A stretch of DNA of 64,000 nt from assembly GCA_965285935.1 (NCBI GenBank), contig OZ260662.1, positions 93,124,001-93,188,000 on the forward strand. The letters are read 5' to 3'. This DNA comes from Ophelia neglecta (Eukaryota). The notes below the pieces were generated by a model. It worked only from the letters and a program-made list of their open reading frames with translations. It did no database searches and was not told where the DNA came from. Positions 12,101 through 21,542 of the stretch are shown here, one piece after another. Both the position numbers and the translations under genes were made by a program. Each line of letters starts with the position of its first letter. Positions within the stretch are counted from its first letter, which is position 1.

Positions 12101-15100
12101 AAACTAAACTATTTACTGACATCTTATGGATAGCTTTATGTTGAATGCATCATTTTATGACAGGAGTCTCTGAAAGGAGGGAGACTTGGGATCTTTTAGA
12201 AGACTTTGGTCAAAGTTTATGGGTACACATTTGTCAATGTACTGCAGTAGGAAACATAAGAAGGAGAATTACAAAAAGCCATTAAAAACGGATAACTGTT
12301 TTCCAATTCCTTTCAAATATAATAATGCTATTCTCCAAGATCCTAACATGTTCGCTATCTAGCGGCTAGAGAGAACATTCACACACAATTACGGTACATC
12401 TACAAAGAATTGAGAGATTGCTGGTGACAATATCATCACCGTAGGACACAAACAGGTGGTAAACAGGAATTCCAATCTATAATAACATTTACAATCTGTT
12501 TTTTCAATCACTTTGATCAGTAGTTCAATACATTTAAGCTATGCAGAGCAATAATGTATCTGTACTTTGTGGTCAAGCAAACAAACCACCAAATATTTTT
12601 GTGATTGATATTACATTGATTTGAGTGGTCAAAAGTTCAGCCAATTGAGACTGATAAAATTTAGTAAATAATTATAATTTCTTACTCATCAAAAAGCAAT
12701 TTAAGCTTTAAGTTATTTTGGCACACACCTCATCCATTGAAAAATCACTCCTATCCAAATTATTTTACTTGGAATTGTACTTTCAGTTATATGTGCATTG
12801 AGCACAGGGTCAGCACTGAACCTTTTATGTTTGGCTAAATAAACTTTGAAGAATGTATTGAAAAGCAGAATTACCATATTTACTTAAGGCTGTTTAAAAT
12901 CCTTTGAATAAAGTTGACAAAAGACTAAATGAGGCTCTGAGATGGTACATGTATTTGGCTACTATAAATATATGAGAATGTAGGGTGTGGCCCATAAACA
13001 AAATATCTCAATATTTCCACCCTTCACTGCCCATGTGCCTGTATGATATAGTAAGAAAATGAAGGTCAAAAGTATCATGCTTCAAACATTCATACAAGCA
13101 GAAGTACTGGAGTTTTCAAAGCTTTTGCTATATCCACCATATATATGACAACTGTTTTCTTAAGCGCTACATTTAACAACATGCCCAGGTCTTTGTGACT
13201 ACTAAAAAATATAATTGGGTCAGACAAATAACAAATGGTTCAATTTAGGATTGGAGTAATTATGTGAAGGTGGCCTTGTTGATAGAATGTGTAGTGCACT
13301 GGCAGACTTCTCAATCTTTAAACATTGTTTTATTAATGTTAGAGTGATTCTCTTCTTGTTATATTTCAGAAAAGAATGAGAGTATTTTTGCAATCATGAA
13401 TGTGTCCCCCTTCCCACTGGATACCACCAGAATTTAACACATCACGGCTAGATAGAGACTTCCAGGTAAAAGGTCATACCAGCGGCTGTGGGAAGTTTGC
13501 TTCAGGACCAAGTCATGTTGTCAATATCTACTAGAAGACAAATCACATCTGATGACACAGCTCTACATGAATACCTTTCCTTTATTACTGTGATTAACAT
13601 ACTTTCCATGCCCTGTGGCTGCAATATCTATATTTTCCATATTTCTCCTCGCAAAATACAAAATACAATACAAAGTAGGTGATCATTTATCGGATAGTGG
13701 GGGATCAGCGGTGCTATATGTTACATTTGTCCTTCCAAGTTCAGGGCTACTTTATTTTTTAACAAGTTAAATCAAAACCTAAGTAATGACTTAAAGTACT
13801 ACATTACCATGGTCAAAACTGAAAGAAGTTTACACTGTAACCGCTACCAAAAATCTAAAATGAGGTGCAATCAGTACTGTAGATCAGCATGGTAATAAAC
13901 ATGCCTGGGTAACTTTGCTAGGTGGAAAAAAGAATGTAGAACATGAAAGAAATTCATGTGTAGAAAGGTTTGGCAGCAAAACTAATAAGTGGGTGACTCA
14001 TGCATGCCGACATTTCATAAGCATCATTAATTCTAAACAAAGATAAGACAAGCCCTGAACTCTGTACATACTTGTTACTTTTATTTAAAACACTATAAAG
14101 GTTTTTATTATTTCCGTGTACCTATTTTTTTGCCATGACAGCTACTACAATTTTTTTCTACACATAAATATATTATGGAACACGCGCCAAGGCCACAATA
14201 CATTGAAAATGCTAGAAATTCTATCAAGCCTAAAACTTTGGTATCCATTTTAATGGAAAATGAAGGAAATACACACCCAGACAGCAAAACTACCTCAACT
14301 GACTTTGCTCAGTAGATTTTTTTTTATACAAATGACTGATAACCAACATTCCATGACTCCATGAAGGCATTTTCAATTAAGTAGTCACCCCCTTTGTTAT
14401 TTCAAACACCCTTGTGTGTACTTTGGCTTGCCTATGGAGAAACATTCAGTTAAAGTGCTATACCTTTGGGTGTCAGTGGGAAACCACTTGAATATTTCAA
14501 CTGCTATGAATATTTCAACTGGCATTGCACCACTGTTAATTGAACAACTATCTCAGGCAAACTACAACTATCTTGACAAGACTTTACTGTGGGAGAGCTA
14601 TTTTCTGTGAGAAGGCTTGCCTCAAAACTTACAATTTTGAAGCAATCCCTTTAACATACTCACAGAGAAACCAACCGTGTTATCCTCCTTCTACCAAGGT
14701 GGCGGGCATGTTATTTTCAACAGTGTGACACCTGGTGGCTTGTAATGCGGTGCCAATCTGACATGACATTCTGCTTCAGCAACCTTTTGAGCGTTTACTC
14801 ACATTTGATTTAAATTGAGTGAGCTCAAATAAAGACAACCATCCATTCAGAGAGGCACAGCATTAATTGAGTCACAGACAGAAAAACTTGTGTGTACCGT
14901 TCTTTTGATAACCTGATGACAAACCACCCATTATCCATCAAACCTTGTGTGTGTAGACACACGTTTGATTTCAAACAGGTCTTTATCACAAGATGCCAAT
15001 CCAAGTATCCCTGCCAACATATCACCTCTAAATAACCTTAGCCTACACAGGTATAGGAAATGCTTACCTTTTTGTGCCTTATGCCAGACATATGAGCCTC

Positions 15101-17118
15101 GTAGGCTTTAGGTCCCGTCATGTCACAATTACATACCTGTAAAAGGATTGGATTCAATTAACAGACAGGAAAAGGTATCTAGGCATAACCTGAATGGTTG
15201 ATTTAAATGCAAATTTTTTTTTCAATATCATCCAGTTTAAGCAAATTAATAAATATCGCACAAATGGATAAACACTGAACACTTACTTCACAACGAATCT
15301 GAGCACTTTTTGCCAGGTCTTCAACTGAAAAATACGCCAGTATGATGCAATAATATTTATTTCAGAACTGAAATATTAACTTCCTAGTAAACCATACCCT
15401 GTTTTTGCTAAATAAAAACATCATCAGTGGCATCTAAATACAAACATATATATGCTTTTGAAATGAATGTACTGTGTTGATTTCGTTTTTATTTACTTGT
15501 ATGTCACTCCACCAGGCCGAATTGTTCTCCTGTGACTTTAAAAATAAATAAAAATAGTTCATACAAAAGAAGAATGAGTACCCAGGTATCTCTAATATAT
15601 TTGACAATAGATAAGTTTCTTTTTCCACTTACTTTTTGGTCCTTTGGAGAATCCTCCGTCCACTATTGCAGCACGAATCTCGGAAGGTGTGCCTCTTTTT
15701 TCTTCAGCTTCTTCTGAAACAATTTCCAACCCCAACTTCTGCCGTCTGTCGGCTGGCAATTTCTCTGCTTCCAGACATCGCTGGGCATGAATCATGCTCT
15801 TGATATGATTACGATAACCCTTAAAAAAATTCAAATTTATAGTAAATTCAAGTTAGGAATAATGTCCCATGTTATATAAAGCAATCCATGTAAATAAGTT
15901 TCTTCTGTTGTAACACTGTTCTTAGAAGATTTTGTTATCTTTATACTTAACATTAAATAAATCTTGCTCACCCTGTCATCATTACACTCATGTCTGCAAA
16001 CCAAACAATAATAATCCCCCTTGTCTTCTGTGTCTTCATCTGAGGAAAGAAAAATTAGGAAAGTAAGAATAGAAGGGCCTGATGGTACAGGCAATACAAC
16101 TTGCCAAGGCAATAATAATTGTATTTCACATGTAGCTTATTCAAAGACAAATCAGTTTTGAATATTGAACTTATTTAAAATTTACATAACTAACTGGTAC
16201 CAGGACTTGTGGCATTGTGTTTATATCTGGCAATATAAAAATATTGTCCTTCTTTTCTACCTAATTAAAGCATTGTTCATGTTCTTTATGTATTACAATA
16301 CACTGTAATTCTCCTAGCCAACATACCAGGGAACATTTCCTGAAGACGCTGTTTCTCTTTGAATTCTTCGGCTTCCTTGGCTGCTAGTTCCCTGGCCTCC
16401 TCTGCTTCCCTGGCCTCCCTCTCTTTCTGTCTTTTTAACTGTTTCTCGGCCTTTTCACGGGCCTTTTCATCAGTTATAGCACTGTTCAAGATGCCACCCT
16501 TCACAAACCTTCCATAGCCTAAAAATAAATGTAGCAGCTCTCTACATTTATGTTTGTAGTTTGCAATAGTTTTAATGATTGAGAAGAATGGACATTTTAA
16601 TTAGATTTTCCTTTTCTAAAGCAAAAAGCTGAGGTGGTGAGAAAATAATTATAATAATCTTAACATAAAGTAGATATAAAATAAAAAATAAATAAAATAA
16701 TTGCCATATTCGTATAATTACCTGAACGCTTATCATTTCTGTTTCCTCCTTGATTCCTTCCCCCAGCTTGCCATCCTCTCTGATCCCCTTTCCGACCCCT
16801 CCATCCATTACCACTTTGACTACCAGCATCCCAGCTCTGTCCTCCCTGGCTCTCAAAGGTGGAGACATTCGGTGTAATATTGGAGGTCAGAGACGTGTCA
16901 GCTGGTGGCGGAGGAGGTGGTTGAACAGGAGTACCATACGCTCCGTAACCTGTGGCTGTCTGTGCTTGACTCTGTGCTGAGCCAAATGCTGAGTAATAGG
17001 AATCTGTTTGCCCATAGCCATACTGTGCTCCGGCAGCAGCCGCTGACTGATACTGAGCAGCGTAGGCTTGGGCTGTGCTGGCAAATGGGTAGCCTGCACT
17101 GTACCCGTACATATCCAT
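125..17118 (-). CDS. Multi-exon U1/matrin-type C2H2 zinc-finger protein (~646 aa), putative RNA-binding; ZFR-like N-terminus but no DZF domain seen
   Basis: Phase-consistent GT-AG exons: 17118-16722, 16518-16327, 16039-15972, 15819-15633, 15324-15287, 15136-15068, 9277-9253, 4373-4275, 4086-3947, 2910-2709, 1561-1396, 1237-1114, 631-524, 250-125 (1941 nt, ends TGA). The product has a Y/A/Q/G-rich N-terminus, an RG-rich stretch and an E/K/R coiled coil. Fingers are YYCLVCRHEC..YRNHIKSMIH, IRCEVCNCDMTGPKAYEAHMSGIRHKK and LVGLEYITE..YSCSLCESKC..FSHVTGLKH, followed by a YGS-rich region and a C-terminal EDEAEMALTISKALTNALLSYR helix. Confidence 0.85.
3100..3980 (-). repeat. 41-bp minisatellite (21 units) derived from an exon end plus 5' splice donor
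   Basis: ACTTACC (reverse complement of GGTAAGT) or a one-base variant recurs every 41 nt from 3113 to 3892, then at 3941 (one 49-nt unit). The minus-strand unit is CTGACTGGCCTCAAACACAGAATGGCCTGCATG|GTAAGTCT, matching the end of exon 4086-3947. Confidence 0.97.
4761..4927. mobile_element. Tc1/mariner-pogo-type MITE (~167 bp)
   Basis: TIR CAGTGGTCCCTGTGATGT ... ACATCACAGGGACCACTG, with TA on both sides. Confidence 0.9.
5760..7520. mobile_element. Composite interspersed-repeat region (TGACCTTGA/AGGTCAAGGTCA-type repeat with a probable nested GC-richer insert starting TTAAGGTAGCG at ~6180)
   Basis: Repeated AAGGTCA/TGACCTT motifs at 5770-5985. AAACAATC(T/C)CAGACCAGA is duplicated at ~6132 and ~7467, with A-rich tails at 7366 and 7506 and raised CpG content inside. 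Termini are not resolved. Confidence 0.35.
10041..10080 (+). repeat. Poly-G plus (GA)n microsatellite
   Basis: gggggggggggagagagagagagagagagagagaggg. Confidence 0.9.
10460..10711 (-). other. Candidate poison (PTC-containing) cassette exon of the zinc-finger gene
   Basis: Pyrimidine-rich acceptor ctctgctctcttccttggtcag|T at 10711 and consensus donor AAG|GTAAGT at 10460. The exon is 252 nt, with an in-frame stop at 10534-10532 when entered in phase 0. Confidence 0.45.
10870..11310. repeat. Degenerate minisatellite, ~27-37 bp units
   Basis: Recurring GTACACACTTGATCATCACTACAAGTGAC-like core, roughly 13-14 copies. Confidence 0.9.
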
Positions 17119-17650
17119 GTATGACTTCGAAATGTATGCCGAACACAGTCACTGCAAAATACAGAATCCAGACTGAGGGATAAGGCAGGCTAAATGGACT
17201 TACATCACAGACACATTTATACCAAAATACTAAATGGAAACATGTCCGAGCGTCTTTACATTTTTCTGAAATACCACATCTTTGATAGTTAGTAGCCTTG
17301 TAAACAAAGAGCCTACTCTGAACTAAGTTCAACTTTTTCCAATTAGATGGGGGGGGGGGGGGGGGGGGGGAGAGACATACTGGTGAGGGCTGCAGCTGTC
17401 ATGGCAGCCAACTCCCCAACCATGCCCACCCAACATACGCAGAGACTCTGTGTAACGAGCGCATTTTGGATATAAACTCGCACTCACTCAACTCACCTCT
17501 CTTCAGAAGCTTGTCCGAGCTATGATTCTTTATGTGCGTGAAGATGTGCCCACCCCGACACTGTGACAAACATTGATATCTGCACGAACTCCTCCGAGGT
17601 AACGCAACGTTTGTTAACAACAATACTCTGCTACAGTAACACTTGTGTAC

Positions 17651-17970
17651 CTAAACCGTGAATGTTGCCTACCCATTAGGGAACGCAATTCTACATCCGG
17701 CCTGCGCTTGGTCCTACTTTTTTCGCTTCTACTGCGCATGTTATCACTTCATCCGCTTTTTGGAAACGACAAACTTAGGAGAAAGCGGCAATCATTTAGT
17801 AGAATATTGCTATATTTTCAGGCAAAAAGGAATTACAAACCAAGGTAAGACAAATATGTCATAAACATATCATATGACAACTGAAGGCAGTACGTGCTGT
17901 AGGTTGATTAAACGTAAAGCCTTGAAATAACGATGTTTATCGAGTTTGATAGATGTTCCCGCCAAAAGCT
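17651..17970. promoter_or_regulatory. CpG-rich promoter and non-coding first exon of the zinc-finger gene, possibly bidirectional
   Basis: CpG enrichment, NRF1-like TGCGCATG (17733-17740) and E2F-like TTCCCGCCAAA (17956-17966). Minus-strand donor TAG|GTACAC at 17651 could splice to the acceptor at 17151, and there is a plus-strand donor AAG|GTAAGA at 17844. Confidence 0.5.
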
Positions 17971-20319
17971 AAAGTGGCCTTTAAACTGTTAAAAATCTAG
18001 CTATCTCTTTAAAAAAAATAAACAAGTTCTTATGTAATAGAGAGCATTAAAATTTCAACCGGTGCACGATTTGTGATCGTAAATGTTAATATTTAAAAGA
18101 GTAAGAACAAAAGTAAAATAATAGAATAATTTATTTATTAACAGTTTCAGTATCACCCTGTATTAAAGCAAGCAGTTATTGCAGTTGGGCATGGTGCTCA
18201 GCAAATCACAAACACGTGTGGCCGTCACTCCGTTGTCAAGCGGTCCTACTAAACATAGAAATCCACCGAAACCGAGCATAAATATATAGAAGTGGGTGCC
18301 GAGGAGGGATTATTTGGATGTTTTAAAGCTACAGATATACTTCAAATTAAATAACTGTCATTTTATCATTGTTTTTTTGCTAAATAATACGATTGTTGTC
18401 CCGTCGATCGCGTTGTCATGTCCGCCATTGTGGTATCCACGGGCATGCGACCGAAACAGACCGAAAGCAAGTTATATTTGGGGCATATAACAAGTCGTAT
18501 GTATTACGCACTAATATACATTTGCCTCCTCATCATTTTGGATTCTGATTTTGTCGAATTTATCCATATTTTGGACATTTTCGTAACATCTACCATCCAG
18601 ATACGAGTGTTGCCCCCTACTGTGACTAAACTGTGGCATCCGAATTAGTTCAGGCATGTGCAACTCTATACAGTTGATTACTTCCTCCTTGCAATGTAAA
18701 CAAATCACACCGCGATCAACGGGAGACAACAATCGTATAATTTAGCAAAAAAAAACAATGATAAAATGACAGATATATACATCCAAATAATCCCTCCTCG
18801 GCACCCACTTCTATATATTTATGGTCGGTTTCGATGTTTAGTAGCATCTCATGCTATCTGCTTGCATTGATTAGCTGTCAAAGCGGGTGTATCCAAAGTG
18901 CGCAGCCGCCTAAAACTCCTAAATTGTCTACGACCCCACTGGATAATTACCAGGCGCCAACCCTGTTTTCGCGATATCTGAATGTGTCCTCTCATACCAC
19001 TAGACCTATATACACCGGTCCTTAACCATAAACTAGCCTTAAAACTATCCCCAGGACTAGCCCAAGACAATTGATGGCAATTTTTTGCTTTGTGCCATTC
19101 AGAAATACCCATGACCTCTGTATAGCCTCCGCATGTCCGCGTTTAATCAACAGCCGTAAATCTATATTCCGACTAGTGTATAAAGCAAACCCTACAGCTT
19201 TGGTGTTGAAATTTGGAGTAGGAGCATTCCAGTTTTACTAGCCCAGCTGACTAGTGGGAATAGAAGTATTTGTCACAGACTGGTCTGTAACTGGTCTTTT
19301 GCATGGTGTACTTGTTGCGAATACAATGGCGCCCTTGTGAAATTTTGTGCCTGTTCCCACATGACAGCATGAGCTTGTGTACAATATATCTGCATATGCA
19401 CAATATATAAATCTCTGTATATAAATATCTGGCATGTCCAATGACTAAATCAAAATAGTGTCTGTAAAAGATTCTTACTTTTGTAATATTTCACAATAAA
19501 AAATATTGCAATACAAATTTTGAGATTGTATTGCAACCCAAATATATTTCATGCAAGTTAATTTCGCTTAATAACTTTGTCATCATCCTTTGCAAATGAC
19601 ATAATTCCTACGTGGTTTCTACCCCCAAAAAAGGATCTGAGGCAGGAATTGTTGTTTGTTTTACCTTTACAATATTACAGTAGAAAGCAACCTTCATGTT
19701 TTTGGGAGGAGGGAACCGACTCCCTTTACTATGCTCGAAAATTTTACAAATAGTGACGTCACCTGGATCGGAGCAGCAGTTAAAATTGATTATGGCACTT
19801 GTCTTGTAGCCACATTGTGGTGTAAAGGGTTCAAAGCCGCCAGTTCACAGCATTATACAACATGCAATGGTAATTTGCTAATATACCCGGTCAAATTCTT
19901 GGAGAAATGAGTTTAAACATTTGGGCCCCCTGCTGGGAAATCGCCATGTATCCAGAGAAAGTCCGGCTTCATCAGATGGGTGAATCAGTAGTGCCGAGGC
20001 CAGTTTGGAGGCGGTGGTTTCGTGATTAACCTGCGTCATGTGAGCTGTGCGTAGATGCCATGTTTTTATCATGTGATTTGTGTAGCCTTTCACGTACATG
20101 GCTGTAATACAATGTCAATAAATTTATGAGAAAACCATGGCAATACCGCAATTAAGCGCTGTAACTGTCTGCAGAAATGAATTCCACCGCGGCAGATCGC
20201 TGCAGCGGCCGTGACCTTAAAACATCCAGGCTCAGATATTGTAACTAACCAAACACAGCGTGTGGGGGGGATCCCCATTCTGAACATCCAGGCCTTTATG
20301 CTTCTCATTAACATATTTA

Positions 20320-20400
20320 AATATAGTAAGCCGGGAAGTGAGGTCAGAGGTTTTGGATTTGGCGGGTGAAAGTTAAATGCAACAAGAAAACAAATATGGC
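20320..20400 (+). promoter_or_regulatory. Probable CDCA7 proximal promoter (E2F site, YY1-like motif over the ATG)
   Basis: TTTGGCGGG at 20358-20366 and AAATATGGCG at ~20392-20401 in a CpG-rich segment. CDCA7 is a known E2F/cell-cycle target. Confidence 0.5.
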
Positions 20401-20593
20401 GTCTTCGTCGGACTCTAAAGTTTTCCTCTGACGACAATTACATTCATGATCAATTTGACTTTAGCATAGTGTTATCTGACGAACAAAGGCGGGCATTTTT
20501 CGGCCTTTATTTCAATAATTCTGACACAGGATGAGTTTGATGGTTTGAGTTGGACAGACTTTAGGCCTAGGGCATCGATGACATGGGCGAAAG
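20396..20593 (+). other. CDCA7: Candidate CDCA7 first coding exon disrupted by small indels
   Basis: ATG MASSSDSK, then a shifted frame FSSDDNYIHDQFDFSIVLSDEQRRAFFGLYFNNSDT, then a shifted frame DEFDG. Strong donor AAG|GTGAG at 20593. Total length is 198 nt (multiple of 3), matching the phase-0 acceptor at 21543. Confidence 0.5.
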
Positions 20594-21542
20594 GTGAGCA
20601 CTTTCACCAAGGCAAAGTGAAAAGATTAAATAAGGCACTTGTTTTGTAGCCACATTCAGGGGTATAGGGCTTAAACAAAGTTCGGTCACAGCACATTTCC
20701 GACTCCCAATCTTAGCCCTTGTTTGCTAAATCCGAATATTGAAGAATGCAAAGTTCCTTCCTCTGCCTTATTAATTTGTTAGCAATTTCTGCAGTTCAAA
20801 ATTTTTCTACTTGCATGTGAATTCAACCATGAAAAGTGTCAAAGAGATAATGATTGGCTACCTATAAAAAATTAACTTCTAAATATAGATATCTGTTCCT
20901 TTCTCTGACGAAATTATGATCTGAATAGTAAATGATAAAATTGTATCTGTTAGTTATAAATTGTGTATTACATTTTTTTGGAGATATACTACTTAATATT
21001 TTAGTGGCGAACATTTACTTACATCCAAGATACAATGCTCTTTTGTTGCTTTTACCAATCGAACAGTTGTGCGGACAGGAACCTGCAATTCTTCGTAATA
21101 TGGTATTGGGACAATGCTGAGCTCTACAGGATTACTAGAACACAAAATGACACTTTGTCTTAAGGAAAAGTCTATCATTTAAGGGGTCCATTGATGCTAT
21201 ATGTACCGCTGCATTAGACAAACAATTTGAAGTTTTAATAACACCTGTTATTATGACAGGAATATGCGTTCGTTTATTTTCATGGCTCACAATATGAAGG
21301 GAAAAGAATTGAAGTTGACAATTTTTATTTTTTTACAGCGGAAGATGGATTTTTTTTTTATTCGGAATGTGAAAATCAAATACTTGATGCTTTAGCAAGT
21401 AGAAACAACTTTGAGCATTGGTTTTTCTTACCACTAAAGCCAAATAGTCATAATATATGTCAGTTACACCATTATACAAAGGATTTTCTTGACTGAATTT
21501 TACAAATGTTTTTACTGGTAACGTTCAGACTATTTTTTACAG

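Noticed and set aside
16750-17332. Overlapping and antisense ORFs across the first coding exon of the zinc-finger gene
   Set aside because: Shadow ORFs of a GC-richer exon with no independent signals.
17348-17370. G homopolymers (also ~5533, ~26991, ~28633, ~30158, ~31137) as functional G-quadruplexes
   Set aside because: Such runs are common throughout this window, and their lengths are unreliable in assemblies.
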